DNA of 64,000 bases from Auanema rhodensis (taxonomy: Eukaryota > Animalia > Nematoda), in the NCBI GenBank assembly GCA_964057225.1, contig CAXKVF010000091.1:1-64000 (forward strand), read 5' to 3'. Below, piece by piece: positions 11,301 through 21,200 of this stretch. Position 1 is the stretch's first letter. Each line of letters begins with the position of its first letter. The position numbers and the translations under genes are program-made. The notes under the pieces were generated by a model. The model did no database searches and was not told the origin of the DNA. It was given only the letters and a program-made list of their open reading frames with translations.

Positions 11301-11447
11301 GTGGATTCTTTCTTCTTCTTGGGCTAATAGAGGATTTTTTCTCCAGAGAAAGAATTTTTGACCTGCCAGTTGAGCGACTATTCCTACTAGATTTAGAAGG
11401 GGGGCTAGATATAACACCAGTATCAATATTGGACGGACATTGGACAT
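8364..11447 (-). CDS. LINE ORF2: apurinic-like endonuclease + reverse transcriptase (open frame 1027 aa; functional part probably begins ~11204 via +1 frameshift)
   Basis: APE motifs YNARS, ISESWL, YRSP, GDLN, LDY and SDH (~11160-10520). RT motifs NYRPISL, QHAF, FIDFSKAFD, GVPQGTVLGP, FADD (9170-9159) and KDLG. No internal stops or frameshifts. Confidence 0.96.
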   Translation of the reverse strand: MSNVRPILILVLYLAPLLNLVGIVAQLAGQKFFLWRKNPLLAQEEERIHHALLSLLPNFLLDQEADPIQHLYLGPVTTCPFVKTASSPCLLSSHVPVKLSVHCYNARSILNKLHFLTIIHSISSPDIIAISESWLFSDFSSDHLPLNDHYNIFRADKHSSRGGGTLLFLKKQINSILLSSSPLSSSVQYVTILLTSNNSVFSVCYRSPTASHSDFCSYLSDLNGHISNRSFFITGDLNFPNINWDLLQSSLSSPSSKSIIQFLQSSHSDQLVNFPTRGNNILDYLITNNPSIISNISRSPPLGNSDHFSVTFSIIINTPVSPLDTLPFSSNTLFNTSSLSNFSQLNFYRADFNAINRHLVSIDFSLVLSGLSPLDSYSKFINILQSIISVFVPHKQPRRRKKVDRNIADLYCYIKRLSSSICHRDELLRKKLTIKLDRLIKQKSILEEEHIASTNNPKLFYRFCRTRLGGCSSDIPTIRLGEEIYSTDTEKASIFASSFSVKPSISSDLINSSSRPSSIIDFIDISPEKVYKVLSHLPLRVSTSSDGIPYYFLNQCASTLCYPLAFIFHNLLVSSSCPPDWKKAWIRPVFKSGNRSNPSNYRPISLTPSLSKVFERLISPPLLHFGISTGSISAHQHAFLPKRNTISAIINNHIAWRSCLDKNIPVYTAFIDFSKAFDLIDHSVLFHKFKTIGICGSLQTFLKNFITGRSYSVLVNGSLSTSVNLSCGVPQGTVLGPLLFLFYINDITSSLPEDVHPTLFADDLKLYSTNPVSLQIALNTINAWCKNNGMMVNTTKSKIMIVCNNSSTLNPTEPFTFGEFPLDFVPHYKDLGVLTDNNLTFDCHINAISCAAALKCRILLRCFYSRSPSFMFNLFCSYVRPILEYASVIWSPQVSKKISRIEMVQKKFLRAVFSRAGIFSDYESQLTFLNAQELSTRRQVTDLGFYFSQIKDVSTDSILRIFQIKHFTHSLRRHQWNIDYPELRKKATRNGIEYRSIKTWNDLPENLINLTNVHNFKKHLLSAPIDL
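11200..11211 (-). promoter_or_regulatory. Putative +1 programmed ribosomal frameshift site UCC_UUU_CGU followed by the ORF1 stop UAA
   Basis: Minus strand reads ATG TCC TTT CGT TAA in the ORF1 frame and CCT TTC GTT AAA in the ORF2 frame. ORF2 is +1 relative to ORF1 (12240-11447=793, mod 3=1). The 9-mer is identical to the influenza A PA-X shift motif. Confidence 0.7.
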
Positions 11448-12240
11448 TTGAATTGGACTTAGAAACAGTAGAAGTATTTAGAGAAACTTGTGGAGTAGAA
11501 GTGGTTGAACGGGCAGTTGGTTTACGTGGAATCTTTATAAGTTTGAGATCGCGTACAATGAAAAGTGAGTCACTATTATCCAAATTTTTCGCTTTTGCTT
11601 CTTCGCGCAGTTTTTTTTCAAGATCTACCTCGAAGGGAAGATAATCGCGACGAATAAACGTTTTAGACAAGCTTTCAAAACATATGGCTTTGTTTGTCCT
11701 AATGGTTTCAATGATTTTGTCACGTAAATCAACTGTTGAACATGAAATAATGAGAGGGCCTGGAGAATTAGATTTGAGAGTTGAGCGAGTAATGGTTATT
11801 TGGTTGCTGTTAATCAAAGAAATCAAGGTGTCATCATTAGACTTTCCAGCTATAAGTTTGAGAAGGGCGGTAGGGTCCGAGGGAAACTCAGATGAATCGT
11901 GAGGAACCCTAAACCAAACCGCTCTTTTCAAGCGATAAGAATACCTTGATTCCTCAGATCGAACTTTTTGAACATGACACATAATACTGGTAGAAGTGGT
12001 TTGAGAAGGAGAAGAGGCATTGAAAGTTGGAACATTTAGGAGTTGTTGCTCTAAAGTATCGATACGTGATTTGAGGTTTGTTTCGATAGTTTTGATACGA
12101 GCTTCATTAGCTGCTACATTGATTTTAATACTGTTGAGTTCGTTTTTGATGTCAGATGAAAGTTGAGAGAAAGATTCTCGGAAAGATTTGGAAAGAGACT
12201 CAAGAGCATCAGTAAAGAAATCTTTTGTAACAGCTGTCAT
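11200..12240 (-). CDS. LINE ORF1 protein (346 aa): N-terminal coiled coil, central putative nucleic-acid-binding domain, basic Ser/Thr/Arg-rich tail
   Basis: First ORF of the element. It has a heptad-like LESLSKSF...IDTLEQQLL segment, an FIRRDY...LEKKLREEAK...FIVRDL block resembling ORF1 C-terminal domains of invertebrate CR1-like elements, and a low-complexity basic tail (PRRRKNPPR). Whether ATG 12240 is the native start is uncertain. Confidence 0.85.
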   Translation of the reverse strand: MTAVTKDFFTDALESLSKSFRESFSQLSSDIKNELNSIKINVAANEARIKTIETNLKSRIDTLEQQLLNVPTFNASSPSQTTSTSIMCHVQKVRSEESRYSYRLKRAVWFRVPHDSSEFPSDPTALLKLIAGKSNDDTLISLINSNQITITRSTLKSNSPGPLIISCSTVDLRDKIIETIRTNKAICFESLSKTFIRRDYLPFEVDLEKKLREEAKAKNLDNSDSLFIVRDLKLIKIPRKPTARSTTSTPQVSLNTSTVSKSNSNVQCPSNIDTGVISSPPSKSSRNSRSTGRSKILSLEKKSSISPRRRKNPPRSVKPTAELPTRSRSGSDTTSLSRSCNNMSFR

Positions 12241-12245
12241 ATTGA

Positions 12246-12264
12246 GCTAATTAAATGTACACGT
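12246..12264 (+). repeat. Target-site duplication, right copy (GCTAATTAAATGTACACGT, 19 bp)
   Basis: Identical to 7854-7872. Base 12245 (A) differs from the satellite consensus (T) and marks the element boundary. Confidence 0.93.
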
Positions 12265-15200
12265 GATGTGCACTTGGTATGTAACTCGCTTCACGTGAAA
12301 GATGAAGAGATGCGGTTTTTAAAATTAGATTCCCCATGTCCATATTAGTCTAAAAACAAATTTTTATTGATATTGGTGCATGGTAACCATGACTTTGAAA
12401 TTTACGTGAACTTTAATTTATGCAAATTAAATGTACACGTGATGTGCACTTGGTATGTAACTCGCTTCACGTGAAAGATAAAGAGATGCGGTTTTCAAAA
12501 TTAGATTCCCCATGTCCATATTAGTCGAAAAACAAATTTTTATTGATATTGGTGCATGGTAACCATGACTTTGAAATTTACGTGAACTTTAATTTATGCT
12601 AATTAAATGTACACGTGATGTGCACTTGGTATGTAACTCGCTTCACGTGAAAGATGAAGAGATGCGGTTTTTAAAATTAGATTCCCCATGTCCATATTAG
12701 TCTAAAAACAAATTTTTATTGATATTGGTGCATGGTAACCATGACTTTGAAATTTACGTGAACTTTAATTTATGCTAATTAAATGTACACGTGATGTGCA
12801 CTTGGTATGTAACTCGCTTCACGTGAAAGATAAAGAGATGCGGTTTTCAAAATTAGATTCCCCATGTCCATATTAGTCTAAAAACAAATTTTTATTGATA
12901 TTGGTGCATGGTAACCATGACTTTGAAATTTACGTGAACTTTAATTTATGCTAATTAAATGTACACGTGATGTGCACTTGGTATGTAACTCGCTTCACGT
13001 GAAAGATAAAGAGATGCGGTTTTCAAAATTAGATTCCCCATGTCCATATTAGTCTAAAAACAAATTTTTATTGATATTGGTTCATGGTAACCATGACTTT
13101 GAAATTTACGTGAACTTTAATTTATGCTAATTAAATGTACACGTGATGTGCACTTGGTATGTAACTCGCTTCACGTGAAAGATAAAGAAATGCGGTTTTC
13201 AAAATTAGATTCCCCATGTCCATATTAGTCTAAAAACAAATTTTTATTGATATTGGTGCATGGTAACCATGACTTTGAAATTTACGTGAACTTTAATTTA
13301 TGCTAATTAAATGTACACGTGATGTGCACTTGGTATGTAACTCGCTTCACGTGAAAGATAAAGAGATGCGGTTTTCAAAATTAGATTCCCCATGTCCATA
13401 TTAGTCTAAAAACAAATTTTTATTGATATTGGTGCATGGTAACCATGAATTTGAAATTTACGTGAACTTTAATTTATGCTAATTAAATGTACACGTGATG
13501 TGCACTTGGTATGTAACTCGCTTCACGTGAAAGATAAAGAGATGCGGTTTTCAAAATTAGATTCCCCATGTCCATATTAGTCGAAAAACAAATTTTTATT
13601 GATATTGGTGCATGGTAACCATGACTTTGAAATTTACGTGAACTTTAATTTATGCTAATTAAATGTACACGTGATGTGCACTTGGTATGTAACTCGCTTC
13701 ACGTGAAAGATGAAGAGATGCGGTTTTTAAAATTAGATTCCCCATGTCCATATTAGTCTAAAAACAAATTTTTATTGATATTGGTGCATGGTAACCATGA
13801 CTTTGAAATTTACGTGAACTTTAATTTATGCTAATTAAATGTACACGTGATGTGCACTTGGTATGTAACTCGCTTCACGTGAAAGATAAAGAGATGCGGT
13901 TTTCAAAATTAGATTCCCCATGTCCATATTAGTCTAAAAACAAATTTTTATTGATATTGGTTCATGGTAACCATGACTTTGAAATTTACGTGAACTTTAA
14001 TTTATGCTAATTAAATGTACACGTGATGTGCACTTGGTATGTAACTCGCTTCACGTGAAAGATAAAGAGATGCGGTTTTCAAAATTAGATTCCCCATGTC
14101 CATATTAGTCTAAAAACAAATTTTTATTGATATTGGTGCATGGTAACCATGACTTTGAAATTTACGTGAACTTTAATTTATGCTAATTAAATAAACACGT
14201 GATGTGCACTTGGTATGTAACTCGCTTCACGTGAAAGATGAAGAGATGCGGTTTTCAAAATTAGATTCCCCATGTCCATATTAGTCTAAAAACAAATTTT
14301 TATTGATATTGGTTCATGGTAACCATGACTTTGAAATTTACGTGAACTTTAATTTATGCTAATTAAATGTACACGTGATGTGCACTTGGTATGTAACTCG
14401 CTTCACGTGAAAGATAAAGAGATGCGGTTTTCAAAATTAGATTCCCCATGTCCATATTAGTCTAAAAACAAATTTTTATTGATATTGGTGCATGGTAACC
14501 ATGACTTTGAAATTTACGTGAACTTTAATTTATGCTAATTAAATGTACACGTGATGTGCACTTGGTATGTAACTCGCTTCACGTGAAAGATAAGGAGATG
14601 CGGTTTTCAAAATTAGATTCCCCATGTCCATATTAGTCTAAAAACAAATTTTTATTGATATTGGTGCATGGTAACCATGACTTTGAAATTTACGTGAACT
14701 TTAATTTATGCTAATTAAATGTACACGTGATGGGCACTTGGTATGTAACTCGCTTCACGTGAAAGATAAAGAGATGCGGTTTTCAAAATTAGATTCCCCA
14801 TGTCCATATTAGTCTAAAAACAAATTTTTATTGATATTGGTTCATGGTAACCATGACTTTGAAATTTACGTGAACTTTAATTTATGCTAATTAAATGTAC
14901 ACGTGATGGGCACTTGGTATGTAACTCGCTTCACGTGAAAGATAAAGAGATGCGGTTTTCAAAATTAGATTCCCCATGTCCATATTAGTCTAAAAACAAA
15001 TTTTTATTGATATTGGTTCATGGTAACCATGACTTTGAAATTTACGTGAACTTTAATTTATGCTAATTAAATGTACACGTGATGTGCACTTGGTATGTAA
15101 CTCGCTTCACGTGAAAGATAAAGAGATGCGGTTTTCAAAATTAGATTCCCCATGTCCATATTAGTCTAAAAACAAATTTTTATTGATATTGGTTCATGGT

Positions 15201-18200
15201 AACCATGACTTTGAAATTTACGTGAACTTTAATTTATGCTAATTAAATGTACACGTGATGTGCACTTGGTATGTAACTCGCTTCACGTGAAAGATAAAGA
15301 GATGCGGTTTTCAAAATTAGATTCCCCATGTCCATATTAGTCTAAAAACAAATTTTTATTGATATTGGTGCATGGTAACCATGACTTTGAAATTTACGTG
15401 AACTTTAATTTATGCTAATTAAATGTACACGTGATGTGCACTTGGTATGTAACTCGCTTCACGTGAAAGATAAGGAGATGCGGTTTTCAAAATTAGATTC
15501 CCCATGTCCATATTAGTCTAAAAACAAATTTTTATTGATATTGGTGCATGGTAACCATGACTTTGAAATTTACGTGAACTTTAATTTATGCTAATTAAAT
15601 GTACACGTGATGGGCACTTGGTATGTAACTCGCTTCACGTGAAAGATAAAGAGATGCGGTTTTCAAAATTAGATTCCCCATGTTCATATTAGTCTAAAAA
15701 CAAATTTTTATTGATATTGGTTCATGGTAACCATGACTTTGAAATTTACGTGAACTTTAATTTATGCTAATTAAATGTACACGTGATGTGCACTTGGTAT
15801 GTAACTCGCTTCACGTGAAAGATAAAGAGATGCGGTTTTCAAAATTAGATTCCCCATGTCCATATTAGTCTAAAAACAAATTTTTATTGATATTGGTTCA
15901 TGGTAACCATGACTTTGAAATTTACGTGAACTTTAATTTATGCTAATTAAATGTACACGTGATGTGCACTTGGTATGTAACTCGCTTCACGTGAAAGATA
16001 AAGAGATGCGGTTTTCAAAATTAGATTCCCCATGTCCATATTAGTCTAAAAACAAATTTTTATTGATATTGGTGCATGGTAACCATGACTTTGAAATTTA
16101 CGTGAACTTTAATTTATGCTAATTAAATGTACACGTGATGTGCACTTGGTATGTAACTCGCTTCACGTGAAAGATAAAGAGATGCGGTTTTCAAAATTAG
16201 ATTCCCCATGTCCATATTAGTCTAAAAACAAATTTTTATTGATATTGGTGCATGGTAACCATGACTTTGAAATTTACGTGAACTTTAATTTATGCTAATT
16301 AAATGTACACGTGATGTGCACTTGGTATGTAACTCGCTTCACGTGAAAGATAAGGAGATGCGGTTTTCAAAATTAGATTCCCCATGTCCATATTAGTCTA
16401 AAAACAAATTTTTATTGATATTGGTGCATGGTAACCATGACTTTGAAATTTACGTGAACTTTAATTTATGCTAATTAAATGTACACGTGATGGGCACTTG
16501 GTATGTAACTCGCTTCACGTGAAAGATAAAGAGATGCGGTTTTCAAAATTAGATTCCCCATGTTCATATTAGTCTAAAAACAAATTTTTATTGATATTGG
16601 TTCATGGTAACCATGACTTTGAAATTTACGTGAACTTTAATTTATGCTAATTAAATGTACACGTGATGTGCACTTGGTATGTAACTCGCTTCACGTGAAA
16701 GATAAAGAGATGCGGTTTTCAAAATTAGATTCCCCATGTCCATATTAGTCTAAAAACAAATTTTTATTGATATTGGTTCATGGTAACCATGACTTTGAAA
16801 TTTACGTGAACTTTAATTTATGCTAATTAAATGTACACGTGATGTGCACTTGGTATGTAACTCGCTTCACGTGAAAGATAAAGAGATGCGGTTTTCAAAA
16901 TTAGATTCCCCATGTCCATATTAGTCTAAAAACAAATTTTTATTGATATTGGTGCATGGTAACCATGACTTTGAAATTTACGTGAACTTTAATTTATGCT
17001 AATTAAATGTACACGTGATGTGCACTTGGTATGTAACTCGCTTCACGTGAAAGATAAAGAGATGCGGTTTTCAAAATTAGATTCCCCATGTCCATATTAG
17101 TCTAAAAACAAATTTTTATTGATATTGGTGCATGGTAACCATGACTTTGAAATTTACGTGAACTTTAATTTATGCTAATTAAATGTACACGTGATGTGCA
17201 CTTGGTATGTAACTCGCTTCACGTGAAAGATAACGAGATGCGGTTTTCAAAATTAGATTCCCCATGTCCATATTAGTCTAAAAACAAATTTTTATTGATA
17301 TTGGTGCATGGTAACCATGACTTTGAAATTTACGTGAACTTTAATTTATGCTAATTAAATGTACACGTGATGGGCACTTGGTATGTAACTCGCTTCACGT
17401 GAAAGATAAAGAGATGCGGTTTTCAAAATTAGATTCCCCATGTCCATATTAGTCTAAAAACAAATTTTTATTGATATTGGTTCATGGTAACCATGACTTT
17501 GAAATTTACGTGAACTTTAATTTATGCTAATTAAATGTACACGTGATGTGCACTTGGTATGTAACTCGCTTCACGTGAAAGATAAAGAGATGCGGTTTTC
17601 AAAATTAGATTCCCCATGTCCATATTAGTCTAAAAACAAATTTTTATTGATATTGGTTCATGGTAACCATGACTTTGAAATTTACGTGAACTTTAATTTA
17701 TGCTAATTAAATGTACACGTGATGTGCACTTGGTATGTAACTCGCTTCACGTGAAAGATAAGGAGATGCGGTTTTCAAAATTAGATTCCCCATGTCCATA
17801 TTAGTCTAAAAACAAATTTTTATTGATATTGGTGCATGGTAACCATGACTTTGAAATTTACGTGAACTTTAATTTATGCTAATTAAATGTACACGTGATG
17901 GGCACTTGGTATGTAACTCGCTTCACGTGAAAGATAAAGAGATGCGGTTTTCAAAATTAGATTCCCCATGTCCATATTAGTCTAAAAACAAATTTTTATT
18001 GATATTGGTTCATGGTAACCATGACTTTGAAATTTACGTGAACTTTAATTTATGCTAATTAAATGTACACGTGATGTGCACTTGGTATGTAACTCGCTTC
18101 ACGTGAAAGATAAAGAGATGCGGTTTTCAAAATTAGATTCCCCATGTCCATATTAGTCTAAAAACAAATTTTTATTGATATTGGTTCATGGTAACCATGA

Positions 18201-21200
18201 CTTTGAAATTTACGTGAACTTTAATTTATGCTAATTAAATGTACACGTGATGTGCACTTGGTATGTAACTCGCTTCACGTGAAAGATAAAGAGATGCGGT
18301 TTTCAAAATTAGATTCCCCATGTCCATATTAGTCTAAAAACAAATTTTTATTGATATTGGTGCATGGTAACCATGACTTTGAAATTTACGTGAACTTTAA
18401 TTTATGCTAATTAAATGTACACGTGATGTGCACTTGGTATGTAACTCGCTTCACGTGAAAGATAAAGAGATGCGGTTTTCAAAATTAGATTCCCCATGTC
18501 CATATTAGTCTAAAAACAAATTTTTATTGATATTGGTGCATGGTAACCATGACTTTGAAATTTACGTGAACTTTAATTTATGCTAATTAAATGTACACGT
18601 GATGTGCACTTGGTATGTAACTCGCTTCACGTGAAAGATAACGAGATGCGGTTTTCAAAATTAGATTCCCCATGTCCATATTAGTCTAAAAACAAATTTT
18701 TATTGATATTGGTGCATGGTAACCATGACTTTGAAATTTACGTGAACTTTAATTTATGCTAATTAAATGTACACGTGATGGGCACTTGGTATGTAACTCG
18801 CTTCACGTGAAAGATAAAGAGATGCGGTTTTCAAAATTAGATTCCCCATGTCCATATTAGTCTAAAAACAAATTTTTATTGATATTGGTTCATGGTAACC
18901 ATGACTTTGAAATTTACGTGAACTTTAATTTATGCTAATTAAATGTACACGTGATGTGCACTTGGTATGTAACTCGCTTCACGTGAAAGATAAAGAGATG
19001 CGGTTTTCAAAATTAGATTCCCCATGTCCATATTAGTCTAAAAACAAATTTTTATTGATATTGGTTCATGGTAACCATGACTTTGAAATTTACGTGAACT
19101 TTAATTTATGCTAATTAAATGTACACGTGATGTGCACTTGGTATGTAACTCGCTTCACGTGAAAGATAAAGAGATGCGGTTTTCAAAATTAGATTCCCTA
19201 TGTCCATATTAGTCTAAAAACAAATTTTTATTGATATTGGTGCATGGTAACCATGACTTTGAAATTTACGTGAACTTTAATTTATGCTAATTAAATGTAC
19301 ACGTGATGTGCACTTGGTATGTAACTCGCTTCACGTGAAAGATAAAAAGATGCGGTTTTCAAAATTAGATTCCCCATGTCCATATTAGTCTAAAAACAAA
19401 TTTTTATTGATATTGGTTCATGGTAACCATGACTTTGAAATTTACGTGAACTTTAATTTATGCTAATTAAATGTACACGTGATGTGCACTTGGTATGTAA
19501 CTCGCTTCACGTGAAAGATAAAGAGATGCGGTTTTCAAAATTAGATTCCCCATGTCCATATTAGTCTAAAAACAAATTTTTATTGATATTGGTGCATGGT
19601 AACCATGACTTTGAAATTTACGTGAACTTTAATTTATGCTAATTAAATGTACACGTGATGTGCACTTGGTATGTAACTCGCTTCACGTGAAAGATAAAAA
19701 GATGCGGTTTTCAAAATTAGATTCCCCATGTCCATATTAGTCTAAAAACAAATTTTTATTGATATTGGTGCATGGTAACCATGACTTTGAAATTTACGTG
19801 AACTTTAATTTATGCTAATTAAATGTACACGTGATGTGCACTTGGTATGTAACTCGCTTCACGTGAAAGATAAAGAGATGCGGTTTTCAAAATTAGATTC
19901 CCCATGTCCATATTAGTCGAAAAACAAATTTTTATTGATATTGGTGCATGGTAACCATGACTTTGAAATTTACGTGAACTTTAATTTATGCTAATTAAAT
20001 GTACACGTGATGTGCACTTGGTATGTAACTCGCTTCACGTGAAAGATGAAGAGATGCGGTTTTTAAAATTAGATTCCCCATGTCCATATTAGTCTAAAAA
20101 CAAATTTTTATTGATATTGGTGCATGGTAACCATGACTTTGAAATTTACGTGAACTTTAATTTATGCTAATTAAATGTACACGTGATGTGCACTTGGTAT
20201 GTAACTCGCTTCACGTGAAAGATAAAGAGATGCGGTTTTCAAAATTAGATTCCCCATGTCCATATTAGTCTAAAAACAAATTTTTATTGATATTGGTTCA
20301 TGGTAACCATGACTTTGAAATTTACGTGAACTTTAATTTATGCTAATTAAATGTACACGTGATGTGCACTTGGTATGTAACTCGCTTCACGTGAAAGATA
20401 AAGAGATGCGGTTTTCAAAATTAGATTCCCCATGTCCATATTAGTCTAAAAACAAATTTTTATTGATATTGGTGCATGGTAACCATGACTTTGAAATTTA
20501 CGTGAACTTTAATTTATGCTAATTAAATGTACACGTGATGTGCACTTGGTATGTAACTCGCTTCACGTGAAAGATAAAGAGATGCGGTTTTCAAAATTAG
20601 ATTCCCCATGTCCATATTAGTCTAAAAACAAATTTTTATTGATATTGGTGCATGGTAACCATGACTTTGAAATTTACGTGAACTTTAATTTATGCTAATT
20701 AAATGTACACGTGATGTGCACTTGGTATGTAACTCGCTTCACGTGAAAGATAAAGAGATGCGGTTTTCAAAATTAGATTCCCCATGTCCATATTAGTCTA
20801 AAAACAAATTTTTATTGATATTGGTTCATGGTAACCATGACTTTGAAATTTACGTGAACTTTAATTTATGCTAATTAAATGTACACGTGATGTGCACTTG
20901 GTATGTAACTCGCTTCACGTGAAAGATAAAGAGATGCGGTTTTCAAAATTAGATTCCCCATGTCCATATTAGTCTAAAAACAAACTTTTATTGATATTGG
21001 TGCATGGTAACCATGACTTTGAAATTTACGTGAACTTTAATTTATGCTAATTAAATGTACACGTGATGTGCACTTGGTATGTAACTCGCTTCACGTGAAA
21101 GATAAAGAGATGCGGTTTTCAAAATTAGATTCCCCATGTCCATATTAGTCTAAAAACAAATTTTTATTGATATTGGTTCATGGTAACCATGACTTTGAAA

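Larger units (their letters stand above)
7873..12245 (-). mobile_element. Non-LTR retrotransposon (LINE), APE-type, CR1/L2-like, 4373 bp, both ORFs uninterrupted
   Basis: Unique sequence bounded by a duplicated 19-bp piece of satellite. It contains ORF1, an APE+RT ORF2 and a 3' UTR ending AATAAACATTAA. No LTRs, integrase or RNase H motifs are seen. The clade call rests on motif appearance (FADDLK, YVRPILEYASVIWSP) and the absence of an obvious C-terminal CCHC. Confidence 0.96.

Noticed and set aside
11205-11447. Hydrophobic, signal-peptide-like N-terminus of the 1027-aa ORF2
   Set aside because: It overlaps ORF1's Ser/Thr/Pro-rich tail in the +1 frame, which naturally yields Leu/Ile/Val-rich text. 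It is probably not translated if the frameshift model holds, though this is not formally excluded.
11213-11902. Plus-strand ORFs of 143 and 72 aa (also 9741-10068 and 12163-12348)
   Set aside because: Antisense shadows of the LINE ORFs or a LINE/satellite junction product, with no domain motifs.
12236-12255. Resemblance of the 5' junction (TTTAATTAGCTCAATATGAC) to nematode SL1 leader
   Set aside because: Only about 14/20 identity in AT-rich sequence, and the best-matching part is ordinary satellite present in every monomer.
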